A DNA stretch of 64,000 nt. Source: Antedon mediterranea. Taxonomy: Eukaryota; Animalia; Echinodermata. Every line of letters begins with the position of its first letter. Within the stretch, counting starts at the first letter, position 1. Positions 13,001-25,425 of the stretch are shown piece by piece. Position numbers and translations under genes: made by a program. Below the pieces are notes generated by a model, which saw nothing but the letters and a program-made list of their open reading frames with translations, did not search any database and was not told where the DNA came from. Where the stretch lies: NCBI RefSeq assembly GCF_964355755.1, contig NC_092676.1:6983888-7047887 (forward strand), written 5' to 3'.

Positions 13001-16000
13001 TAACACTGATGACATTGGGGTAATAGAACAGCCCGAGGCTGATGAACAGCCAGCATCTCTTAAAGATAGTATTCCCTTCTCATTGGGTGCGTTCTCTAGT
13101 TTTCGTATGCCTGGGTCAAATGATGCTAATAAAAATAATGTTGATGAGGTCATTGAAGGTCAAGAGCCTAATGAAAATTCTTCCTTTTCTTTTGGTGGGT
13201 TCTCTAAATTAAAAATGCCTGTCCTGAGTTCTTCTACGGAAGCCAATGGCAACCAAGAATCACCTGCTTCTGCAAATTCGTCCTTTTCCTTCGGTGGCTT
13301 TTCTAATTTTCGAATGCCAGGGTCAAATGATATTTCTACATCTGACCCCAATGATGGGCAAGAACCTCCTGTAGAGAATTCATCATTTTCCTTCGGAATC
13401 TCAGGATTTCGTGACCTTGTACCCATCATTCCTTTACCGGCATTTCCCAATTCTGAATTCGTGGAAGAGGATGTAGAGGTGGAGACAGAAAGAGGTACAT
13501 TTTACACCCATTTCCATGCATGTTTTTAATAGTTTTAGATTCACTTTTTAATATTTCAGTTTATCAGATGTGATTTTAATCCAATCTTGATATACACCCT
13601 TCCTTTACTTGCTTGTAAATGTTAATTTAAGAAAAGCTTTTTGTGGCTGCATGCAGTATTTAACTGGGTTTGTTGTTAAAGTTGTATATGTATTTTATTT
13701 TTATACTTTGTATTTGGTTATATAAGGTATAGTAACTGTATTATTTTAAAGTTTCATATGTAAATAAAATTACATGCTAATTCAGATAGCAATGTTATAA
13801 TTTTGTTTGCATGGTTTTTTTATTCCAATCCTTCCATTGAAGTAATGAAAGGTAAAGAGAATATATAAACACATTTCTATTCGCTTGGCTGACTTCAAAT
13901 CTCAACACTGTCTACTTGTTCTCTCAAAAATTAAATTTTTTTATATTTTAATTCATCACGAAAAGTGATGGTAAATTAATTTCATAACAAATTTGAGTAA
14001 ATATCTTAATTAATTAATTTCTAATCTTATCGTCGTTATTGTAGTTACTGATGGAAGTGAAGAACCAATATCAATACCAGAAGTTTCTATACAAGAGGTT
14101 GGTGATCTATTTGGTAGTTGTGACATTGAAGCCGTTGCTAATGTTTAGTAAAAATATCTGCAAAAATGTTAGACCTCTGCAACTTTGCTAATATTTAATT
14201 AAGACCTCTGTATATTCTCTTATTTATCAAGACCTCTGCAACTATGCTATTTATTTAATCAAGAGCTCTGCAACTATGCTATTTATTTAATCAAGAGCTC
14301 TGCAACTATGCTATTTATTTAATCAAGAGCTCTGCAACTATGCTATTTATTTAATCAAGAGCTCTGCAACTATGCTGCTAGACCTTTGCAAATATGTTAG
14401 ACCTCTGCAACTACGCTAATTTTATTTAATTAAGACCTCTGAACTTTTCTCTTATTTATCAAGACCTCTGAAACTATGTTATTATTTATCAAGACCTCTG
14501 AAACTATGTTATTATTTATCAAGACCTCTGAAACTATGTTATTATTTATCAAGACCTCTGCATCTATGCCAGACCTTTGCAAATATGTTAGATCTCTGCA
14601 ACTTTGCTAATATTTAATTAAGACCCTGTTAAAAGGGGTTTGCGCAAAAGGGTTCGCCGGAAGCCTAAAAAAATCCCCTGGCCACGGCTCCTGCTGCAAC
14701 TACGCTATTATTTAATTTAGACCTCTAAAACTATGCTATAATTTTATCAAGCCCACATAATGTTCTCATGTGGGAGGTTCAAATTGCTGGTTGTAAATTG
14801 TTCCTCTGCTTGTTCATCATATTTTGGTTATTTTAGGATATTTAATGGATCATTTTTGCTTAGCAACATTGTATTAGGGCGCAATATAAGACTATCATAT
14901 TAATTTTTTTTTTTCTTATAGGTCCAAAACTTGGATATAGACACCAATGGTTCCCTCCTAGCTACCAGTGGTCTCCTGTCATCTGACAGATTTGGGGTAT
15001 GTTTTCAATTGTGAATTTCAGTATTTTTTTCCCACTGTTTTAGCGAGATTGTTTTTCATCATTTATTGATTATATTATTATTTATTAATTGATGATAATG
15101 TTTAGATAGATATAAAAGATATCGGATATCAATATTTTGTTAACTTGACTAAAATATGTAGATTTGATAACATTCTTTTGTGAGTTTATGGTTTTTTGTT
15201 TGTATTTGTTTATTTTTCTTTGAAAATATTTTTTGTTAATTGTCATGGTTTAAATGAATAGCAAGATGAAGAGAATGAAGCAGAAAATAAAGAGATTCTT
15301 GACAAAGAGGACGGAGAAGCGGTTGAAGCTCGTGAAGAAGATACGCTTGAACATCAAAGAATTGATCTTGTGGGAAGCGAAGAAGTACAAGTTGATCCTC
15401 TTAATCAATCGCTCGAAAATGATAATCTCAACAAAACGGATATTAACATTTCTGTAACCGCCCCAGAGGACGTACCAGAAATCCCACCACCGTTAGAAAC
15501 CGAAATACCTGCAGAAATCACTGCCGAAACCCCACCGCCATTTAACACCGCCGTCGAATCACCAAAAACCGAGGAAAAGGGCTTTAAAAAACAGACGTCA
15601 TCTGGTGACGTGCCAAAGCGTTATGTGAAGAGTGATTTGTCGAAGGTATACATGGTGAATTATGGGTTGGATATGCTAAACAGTAGATCTGCTTGCGTTA
15701 ACAATATATTATCAGTTTCTTCTGGGTTCTCAATAGCTACATTGCACTATTATATAATACTGTATGTTGGTTTGTGGCGGATTCTGAACTCTAGATCTTT
15801 TCATCACTTTCTTTTTTCAATTTCCTACAGTAATCTTGTATACACTGTACTATAATATGTACTTTTCTTATTTAATAATAATATCCTGATATCTTTAATA
15901 ACATGTTGTTTCTTTATGGTTTTCTAAATTACTGGTAGATCATAGATTGACAAGTAAAATAGCTTTATTTTGAATAAAAATAGTCAAACATGAGTGTGTG

Positions 16001-19000
16001 TCTTAAACTGTGTAACTTTTACATTAATAATCTTTCAATATCATTATTATCAATATCATTATTATCAATATCATCATTATCAATATCATCTTAATCATTG
16101 TTAATTACATAATTAGAGTAATCATAGTATATTGATCTTCTCTTGCTTTCATTCACTTTGTCTACAGATTAGATTTTAATTACATAGTAATAATTAAATA
16201 ATAATGTAAATGTAATACAGAACAATGTTTGCAGTGTTTATTTTAGCAAAAACTTTTATCATGATATGGCCATATATGGACATGATGATGTCATATCACT
16301 ACCATATTTTCCATATCACACTTGTTTGTAAAACTAGTTTAATAGTGTAGACAGAGCCTAATTATTTACCAAGTTGGAGTAGTTATTTGTTGATGTTTGC
16401 ACTTCCCCGCATCATAAACAAATACCTTTGAACTTGTAGGCCTACATGCTGCTCATTTAAAATGAGAATAAAATTATTTTTTTTAATTGATTTGTTGACC
16501 ATTTTAAGATAAACTTTCAATTTTGTTCAAATGCATAGGAAGGTGATATTGCAGTTTGATTAAGCAATGATTAAAAAACTGTATAGTTTTAATTACATTA
16601 TAATATTTTTATTAATATATTGGTAGAGGTATATTGATCACAACTAGCATGTAATACACTCAATATTATATATAAATACCACAGGCATATAGACACTTTG
16701 AGATGAGTGTATATATTTGGTGTTGGGGAATGTTTAACTAAGATCGTATCTGGTGATACCTTATTAATATGTGTCATTTTCTTTTACAAATTTACATAAT
16801 AAATAATATTCATACAAAGGTTACCAATTATATAATTTTTTATTTGAATTTCACGCTTCAATTTTGTTGTTGCAAAAGAAATTATTGTTTTTTTTTTTTA
16901 CTAATTTTGGTTGTAAAATGTATGCATAGTATTTTTAAATGGATGGATCTAATCTAAACATTTTTTCTAGTTTTATGATATTTGTGTATAATAATAGATA
17001 GACATAAAATTGTATTATTGTGAAGGATTATAAAAGTGGGCAGTGTTTTATGGAGTTAAGCAAATTGTAATTTGAGTTATAAATCTGTACTAATTTATAC
17101 TATATGGGATTTTACAGGGGAGCTCATCCAGCTTGACAAGTTTATACAGTGCTAGTGGAGAGGCCTATGGCAAAATACCTATCACAGGAGACGTACAGTT
17201 TGGCCTTTCATACAACCACAAGCTCACCCAGTTCTCCATCAATGTTGTTGCGTGCCGAGACCTTGCCCCAGTGGATACAAAAAAGAACAAATCTGATCCG
17301 TAAGTGTTGTTAGGTTGCACAATATATACAGTAGTAGACCTATTAAGGGACCTTTGGGATCAAAATTAAATGCCCAAAAAACAGAGTCCCTTCTTTAATA
17401 GAAGTGTCCCGATGTACGGGATGTATCATATATATTATATAATATATACCTATCTAAAGCTCTGTCTATAATCAAACTAGTTGTATGTTTAGATGATGTG
17501 GGGACGTGCAAAAATCAATAAAGTAAATACTCCAACTTTCTATTAAGCTCTGTACACTATCAGACTAGTTTGACCAAAAAAGTGTGAAGTGTTGTGATAT
17601 TGCCAAATATGATAATGATATGACATCACATTTTTTTGTCACATAAAGTTTGATAGTGTAGACAAGGCTTTAAAGTGAATGGATGTGTTGCTAATTTTCA
17701 TTATTATTAAAAAGAGAAATTTTATCATTGCAGGTATGTAAAAGTTTACCTCCTTCCTGACAAAGGTCGGAACGGAAAGAGAAAGAGCAAAATCAAGAAA
17801 GGAACCATCAACCCACAATTCAACGAACTCCTTCGATACAAGATCAAGGAGACCGAGCTTCGTACGCGTACTCTTAGCGTAGCAGTCTGGAACAATGATA
17901 AACTTGGACGCAATTTCTTCCTTGGAGAGGTTTTGTTACCGCTTGATGATATCCACTTTGATAACTATAATCCTAAATGGCACCAGTTGCTACCTAAAGT
18001 AAGCTGTGAAAATATTATTTATTATTTCTTGACTGCCAAAAACATCACAAATAACAACCACAAAGTACACTTAGTGGTAGGTAACGCATACGAGAACTAA
18101 ATCGCTATGGGTTAGAGTCAGTGTTCCCCTCTTACCAAGTAGCACATTAAGATAAAATATAGCATTTCATAAATTAAAATATATCTTCAACAATAAAAAT
18201 TATAGAAACACTAATAAGATCAGGTAAAATATTGTCATTGAGGAGAAAGAGAGAGAAATACTTTTCAAGCTTAAAGGGTCTTTCACAGGCACGGTTCCGG
18301 TCCGGTGCCGGCAAATCAAATCGAATGTCAATGTTTTGTTTTCATGTGTCTATGCGCATATCGATTGGTGCATAGATGCGTAGAGCGTCGTGAAAACAAA
18401 ACATTGTTTGATTTGATTTGCCACCACCGGACCGAAACTGGTATGAAAGACCTTAAGCATGGCTTGGCTAATACAGTAGTATTAAGCTCTGTCTACACTA
18501 TCAAACTTTATGTGGCACAAGAATGTGATGTGCTCATATTTGGACAAGATGATGTCATAGCACTACCATATTTGGGAACATCACTACCATGGGCACATCA
18601 CACTTTTGTTGTCAAACTAGTTTGATCATAATAACAATAATTATAATAATTAAAAATAATAATTACTACTACAATAGTAATGACGATAATTTTTATGTGT
18701 TTAAATTTTAAATGTAAATATGTATAATTTGGTTTGTATGATGTAGTATGTTTAAGCGGATATTAGCCCTTGATGGCATTTGCAGAAATAAAGAAATTGA
18801 ATTGAATAGTATAGACAGAGCTTTACAGGAGCTCAACAATCTAGGTGTGAATACTACAGTTTACCTTGGTGGATTTTTCTTTAAATTTTCTTCCATTTTC
18901 AATCCAGGTACTTGATGATGGTGGTATTATTTACAAAGGTGATATTACACTAGCCCTCAAGTTTGAAGGAGAGGGTGTGGAAGCGGACCAAAAGGCACCA

Positions 19001-20076
19001 AAATCAACTGGAGCTTTGTTGATACACTTTAAAAGTGCTAAGAACCTGACTGCTGTCAGGCCCAATGGATCAGACCCATATGCTAAATGGTAGGCCTGGA
19101 AAATAGAGAAACTTTATTGGTCTTGTATAAAACATACAAGAAATGTCTATGTTGTTGGCAGCTCATATAAAATCATACACACTTTAGAATATATAAAAAT
19201 GTGAGAAATATATATATTTTGTCCAGTGCCCACCTTAACCAGAGGAGAGTCATAAGCCAATACGTCTGAGGCAGATACTAGATGCAGGGGCTGCCATAAG
19301 AGTCAGCAGTGCTGTTCTATTAAACAAGTATTCTTTCGTGTACACTCAAATATATAATTGTGTTTTTTTTTTTATAGCTACCTAGAGCCAGATCGTTCAA
19401 AAGCGGGTAAGAGGAAAACAAAACATGTCCGCAGTAGTTGCAATCCAAATTGGGACCAGCAAGTTCAGTATGACAATGTGACGATTGATCAACTGAAAGA
19501 ACGAGCGTTATACGTAACAGTGTGGGACAAAGACACACTCTCTGCTAATGATTTCCTTGGCGTTATCAGTTTAAGTCTGGGCACAGGTAATATTCCATTT
19601 AAAATTGAATTACAAAACTGTTATTATTATTTATTATAGAAGTGCTGTTTCAACACATGAGTTGTAAGTGATAATTTGTGGTTGTGTACAAATGTATGTA
19701 GGTTATGAAATCATAAGTTCAAATTTTATCCATTGAGGCCCAGATCAATACAAGTTTTTCTTGTCTAGCATCGTTCAAACACAAAATACATTTACTGCAT
19801 ACAATACGTAAATTTATAACAATGTTTAGAATCTGAAAAAATGAAAAGGAAAGAGATTTTTTACATAATTATTATTTAATTTATTAATTGGCAATTTTGA
19901 TCTGGGATCGCTTAAAAAACGTTACAACCATTGTTAATTTCTTTTCAGGACGTGTTGGTGGTAAAGACGTGACCTACATGAAGTCTAAAGGGGAGGCGAT
20001 TCGAATCTGGGAAGAAATGTTAACTAAACCAAACAGCTGGGTGGAGGCTACCATTCCACTGCAAGCAAAACTATAG
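1057..20076 (+). CDS. Synaptotagmin-like protein (Slp/SYTL4-5/bitesize-like Rab27 effector), 5'-partial, multi-exon
   Basis: GT-AG exons in consistent phase: 1057-1269 (CARC..CPKC..CKTC..WVCKVC Zn finger), 1554-2027 (SGEWFY SHD motif), 5358-5431, 14045-14097, 14922-14996, 15262-15645, 17118-17299 (C2A start ITGDVQFGLSY...KSDP), 17734-17998 (YVKVYLLPDK), 18908-19089, 19378-19586 (C2B, VWDKDTLSANDFLG), 19949-20076 (WEEMLTKPNSWVE, stop TAG). The first coding exon(s) lie upstream of the window. Confidence 0.9.
2520..2640 (-). mobile_element. tRNA-derived SINE (family 1)
   Basis: On -: A box TGGCTTGGTGG and B box GGTTCAAGTCC; near-identical second copy on + at ~55297-55390; no tRNA acceptor stem. 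Confidence 0.75.
4888..4925 (-). ncRNA. Minimal type I hammerhead ribozyme motif (Penelope-like element remnant)
   Basis: Minus strand reads GCA-CUGAUGA-A-GGGCAA gug UUGCCC-GAAA-GCUC-UGC: intact core boxes, 6-bp stem II, palindromic AGCU stem III, 3-bp stem I. Confidence 0.7.
6482..6575. repeat. 17-bp minisatellite (GTGTGTGTGTATCGCAC) x~5
   Basis: TATCGCAC-like motif recurs every 17 nt. Confidence 0.9.
8359..10388 (+). CDS. Large Ser-rich alternative (probably terminal) exon of the Slp gene
   Basis: Polypyrimidine tract plus CAG at 8356-8358; phase 1 matches the donor after 5431; open for ~676 codons to TGA at 10388; S/LVNPSS repeats near its start. Confidence 0.7.
10783..11269. repeat. 28-bp minisatellite (CCCACTGTCAGAAGGCCTAGGGACCATA) x~17
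   Basis: Directly adjacent tandem units with a 28-nt period and no spacers. Confidence 0.95.
11964..13494 (+). CDS. Large acidic Pro/Glu-rich alternative exon of the Slp gene
   Basis: TAG|ATG at 11961-11966, open 510 codons, donor AGAG|GTACAT after 13494 in phase 1, matching the 14045 acceptor. Confidence 0.7.
14165..14625. repeat. 30-32-bp minisatellite (AAGAC/GCTCTGC/AAACTATG...ATTTATC) with higher-order variants
   Basis: AGACCTCTG/AGAGCTCTG core repeats ~14 times in 32-bp and 30-bp sub-arrays. Confidence 0.9.
18276..18453. mobile_element. Palindromic Harbinger/Tourist-like MITE (family B)
   Basis: TIR GGTCTTTCA...TGAAAGACC; arms pair over most of the length; TAA/TTA flanks; degraded copy from ~23418. 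Confidence 0.7.
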
Positions 20077-23000
20077 ATGGCGATATGCAAAAATAATTAA
20101 AATTCACAATAATTAACAATAAACTTGAATTGTTCAACTAGCTATATTGTTTTAATAAGAAAATTGTCAACTTTATCCAATGTCTACCACGATAGCGTTG
20201 GAATTCATCATGCTTTGCAACTTATATTATAATAATAATTATAGCATGTTGTTTTGGTATACATAATAAACAATAATATTAATACAGTATTTATAATGTA
20301 TTGTGTACCTTATAAAATATAGCTTTTATTAAATTGACAGTTATAGAAAAAATTCGCAAACATATTAACCTACTTATTACGTTAGATATTTTAAAGCAAT
20401 CCTTTCATAAATGCTTTATTTTACGTTCATTCATATCATTCCATAAACGTCAATACTTCCAATCTTGATCTCTTCGGCCATTTTATAAATTATTAATAAT
20501 ACAAGTAATATTTAAAATAATAATTAAATAATTAGTTAAATAGAATATTATTATTACAAAAGAATGTAGAGCAGTTATAGTATAAAAAGTATATATAATA
20601 GTTCAATCAGTCCATGCCGGGAATGAACAATTCACAATATAATCTCTTTTTTTTTATATATAATTATAATTTATGTATATATGGTAAAATAAGGTTTGGT
20701 TTATTAATAATTTATTTATATGTTTATCCTATATTAGTATTTAATTATTGTAATGTCTTAAACTTATTTAATATATTAACAAATCCGAATTTTGATAATA
20801 TGATTAAATGGTAAACGGTTTGTTTATTCATACAATATGTATACCCTCGGATATATATACCGTGTGGAAATTATCAGGTGTATGTATTTATCCAGCTTTG
20901 TTGATGTCCATATTTTGGCAAAATTTGAACAAGCATTTGTTTGCATTTTTCAGTTTTACTGTAAGAAACTGAATATACCATATTGCATTTTCAGAAAAAT
21001 ATTTTCAAAATTGTTAAAATATGTTAATAAATACCTACATTAGATCGGTATCGATCTGCTGTGCTAGACTGCCCTCGGATATAAACTGCCGGAAAATGAT
21101 CAGTTATATTTGAGATTGGTTTTCAATTTTGCGCATTACAGGAAAAAATAGGTCACCATTTCAGCAGGAATTTTTGTTAATATACTGGTTTCATCCTTAT
21201 GGAAATCGCTGTTAATGTATTTTCAGTTAGTCTTTTCCAACATTGATAGGACATAGCATTATAGAAATATAGATAATATAAAATAGATAGAAATGGTTCA
21301 AATATGTAAACATACTATAATATTTGCAATATTTAGAAGTTAAATGTATTCTTTATTGTGTCTACTGGTTGTATTTTTATCATTTATACATTTCATATTA
21401 CTACATAATATATTATTACTAATACATATTTATTGCTTTTGTTGAAATATACATATGACTTGTCTTATAGATTGTTATAGTTGATCAGTCCAACCATGGA
21501 GGAAATTATGGTCAAACTTATGCAAACACTGTGCCTATTATGTAGTGTCTGTACAGTTTGTTACACATTAATACTATATATACAAACAATTTTGGTTTAT
21601 ATGCAACACTGTACAGCCCTTTTTAGTGGTTCAAGACCCATCTTACAGTATATTCAATTCACATATACAACACAAATGTAGCAAATTGTTACATGGACAT
21701 CTCCAGAGATCTTACCGATAATCTTTCACACACTAGTTTGTCATGGTGTACATATTGTATCATTTATGTGTTTATATCAATGTAACGAGAGGCATGTAAA
21801 GATTACCGACTTTACAGGGTGTGTTTCAAACTAACAATATTTTTACACATGTGAAACCGGTATTATTTTATTTGGTACACTCTGTCTTTACCAGAGGAAA
21901 AAAAAAGCTTTTAATTTTGACTCGTGTTATCTGAACTTTGTTATATTACAACTCGTGGCACAGTGCGTGGCCAACATGTATTTTATGTCAAGGAATGCAT
22001 GCAGTCAATATACCATTCAGCATCATACATAACTCATATTACAGTTTTAATATCAGTTTTTTAATATAATATTAAGGTACTACCGTAGGCCTACTTTAGA
22101 TTTGCAGTAAGAGCAGTAATGTATAGCAGTAACCCATGCTGCCATAATATGTGATTATATACTAATTCGAATGGGATGAGTTAGTATAATAAAATCGCAC
22201 TCTTCCCTGACAAAAATACTCTTGACAAATATTTTGTTTAAATAAATTGTCAAGAATATAATTTGGAACTATTTACGGCCATTGATGTATTCCTTTACTT
22301 TAAAATCTATTGTAATCAAAAAATTGAAAGCAAAACTGAATATGGAACTTTATTGACTTTAATAATATATAATGGCAATGGTAAAAATTCATTATGAATT
22401 TAAAAAAAATACAGTATGTAGATTAGACTATAACTTTGATGATATACAACCGTATTAAAAATATAAAGTACAATATAGTAGGTATATAGTTCCAATACTC
22501 TTTCTAATAGACTAATATACCAAATATTAAAAGACCATTACAGTACTCAATGTGATATGTACCAAGATATTATGATAGGGTGTATATAGAAAAAAAATAT
22601 AGCCATCACTCAAATGTGTTTTGAAACGACTCTGGTACTTGGCTTGTATTTGGACATCCTATGTTCATGTAAAATGGTTTATTTGGATATAGGTAAAGCC
22701 ATACTTCTTGTACCTCACTAATTTGACCTAATTGATCATTAATTGTGTTGGATGAAATTATCCCCAAAAATACTCAATCTGTTATTGGCGTTAGGTACCC
22801 CAGTAATTTTAAACGTCCAAACTTTCACGAAATGATAGCATTTGCTTTCTCCCGAATTTTTTGGGAGGTTTAACCAAAGTATAATGTTAATCTACGCACA
22901 AATAATTTATTCTAGTTTGCATTCATTTACAAAATAAATTCAATATAATATTGAGATGACCTTGAAAGGTTTGCAAGTAAAAATATGCAAGCTTTCCTAA

Positions 23001-23335
23001 AAAAATGATTACATGTTTTTGGTTCATAGTGTAGTGTATAAATTATATATTATACATTTATATTGTTTCTTCTGATTTTCAATGAAAGTATACTTATTAA
23101 ATGGTGGAAACTTATATATTTATTGTTTTTCTATTTTCTTTTAAATTGTCCAATATTGTTATAATACCATCTCTCTTTTCATTTAAAAAACATCTAGTAT
23201 CGTAGATAAGGATGCTGGGATATCCTTGGTTATGAATTTATTTATTTTGCAATGTTTACAAATTTTACCAAACTTTTATTTGTGACTGTTTGGAGAAGTT
23301 TGTATTACTTATCTACACTAGTTACTGGCTCTTAA

Positions 23336-23792
23336 GCTCTGTCCACACTTATCACACTGTATGTTAAAAAATAAGTGCCCATATCGACATGTCATATCAC
23401 CAGTGATCACTGGCTTAAGGGTCTTTCAACACCTCTTCTGGCACGGCGAATCGAATATCAATGGTACGTGTTCACAACGCTCCATGAGGCTATGCGCCCA
23501 ATCGATATGCACGTAGTCACGTGAAAACGAAGCATTGACGTTTGTTCGATTGGATTTTCCGGAGTGGGACAGGAACCGTCCCGGAATGGGACAGGAACCC
23601 GGGGGCCTCTGAGCAGTGCCCAGAGGGAAAAAACAGGCATTAAAATATGTATGAAAAATGCTAAAAACGGCTGAGGCCTCCAATGATGGAGGGCCACTTA
23701 GGATAGGGGCCTCAGGTCTCCACTGCATATCACTACTACAACTTGGGCAAATCACACTTTTTTCAAACTAGTTTGATAGTGTATACAGAGCT
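23336..23792. mobile_element. Nested MITEs: Harbinger MITE A > hAT MITE (23401-23725) > MITE B
   Basis: Outer AGCTCTGT/ACAGAGCT TIRs with TTA flanks; inner CAGTG...CACTG element with perfect 8-bp TSD CATATCAC (23393-23400 and 23726-23733). Confidence 0.75.
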
Positions 23793-25425
23793 TTAGGCAT
23801 TTTTTTTCCTGCAAGATCACATGACTTCAAAGACTAATTTGATTTGCTGCATTGCGTCTGTCAAGAAGGGGAAAACTTGTTTTCTGCAGAAAATTTCTCA
23901 ACTGTTCCTTAGCAAACTTTGGACAACTTTTCTTGCTTAACTTCTGTTTGACAAGTTTGCCACTGTTAGGCTTTAGATTATCTATTTTATATCAATTCCC
24001 ATTTTTCTTTTTTACAGTATAATATTTACAATAACAGAACACAGACACTTGACTTATTTGTTTAAATTTTATTAGATATATACAATGACTATTTTACCAT
24101 AAATATTTTCTTGTTTTTTAATAATTGGAATTATATAAACCTAACTAAACATTAATAATTGGTTTCATTGTTATTTCTGTAGCTGTGTGAACAAGAAAAT
24201 ATGCAGATTTTTTAGGTAAATTTACTGTTTACTAGTAACTTTTCATAAGATTCTATATATTTATAGTAAATTTTAATATTTTCTACCACATAAAGATATT
24301 GAGGAACACTACACAGTAATCTAGGTGGGAAACATGAGTATTATACCAAATATGGAAGCATAGAAAAATACAATATAATATATGAAAGGAAAATAATGGA
24401 AAAAAAAAGTATGAATGTATTATATTTCCATAATATATAACTCTATTTTATGCTGCATTTTACATTACACAATGTCAATATTGATTCAGGTGTGGTCAAT
24501 ATTGATTCAGGTGTGGCCAACATACAGATAGTTGTGTATTTTGTTAACAACATATGGAAAATTTACTTTGGAGGAACCAAATGCATATGGGTAACATCAA
24601 TTCACTACAGGCATTACATTATAGGTGGAGCCCATCTGGCCAGGGCACGAAAATATTTTCCCCAAAGACTTTCTCTGAAAATTTGGAGGGCGTCCCATTT
24701 TAGGGAGAATTATTATGAATATGCATCATGTTTTATCTGCTCTGCGCTCGCCCTCTGAATGAACTTTTTAATATGCTTTCCGTCAAACCGTCTGTGTAGT
24801 CGAATGAATTAGACTATTGACTATGGGGTTCGAACCAACTTCTTTTTAATTTATAGTGAGAGAGATTATTTAGAGGGTATATCTAGGAAGTAGTTTGGCT
24901 ATATTTCAGAAAAAGTCTTTAGGAAAAAATTTTACACAGCCAGGGTCCCTCCCTAAATTTGATAAATGACAATAGATAAGATATTAGATTAAGTTTAGCA
25001 CTCTATTTCACACTGTTTAGGCTCTGTGGGTCCCTTTCCAAAAATCATAGATCCAGTATCTGTATTTTGCTCTTCACAATTCATTAATGTCCAATTATTT
25101 TTTCAGCCTTAATACTTTTACAGAAAGACAACCTGGTCTATAGACAACCTGGTCTATAGATTTTTAATAACATTAAAGCAAATTGCTTTCTCATAACAAC
25201 CTTTCATTACAAAGAATTACTTTACTCATCGATTTTCAGTTGATTCTTAGATAAAATTTCAATAATTTCCTGCTTGTTTGTAATGTGGTTAACACTTGTT
25301 TCTTCCGGGCGTAAATTGCGATAATGCATACATGAACACCTCCGTCTATTAATTATCGTGATCTGTGTAATAATTACATAGGTTCACCACATTTGGAATG
25401 CACATTGTTCCGCTTGAATAATCAC

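Noticed and set aside
23426-23755. 109-aa and 79-aa ORFs
   Set aside because: They lie wholly within nested MITE sequence.
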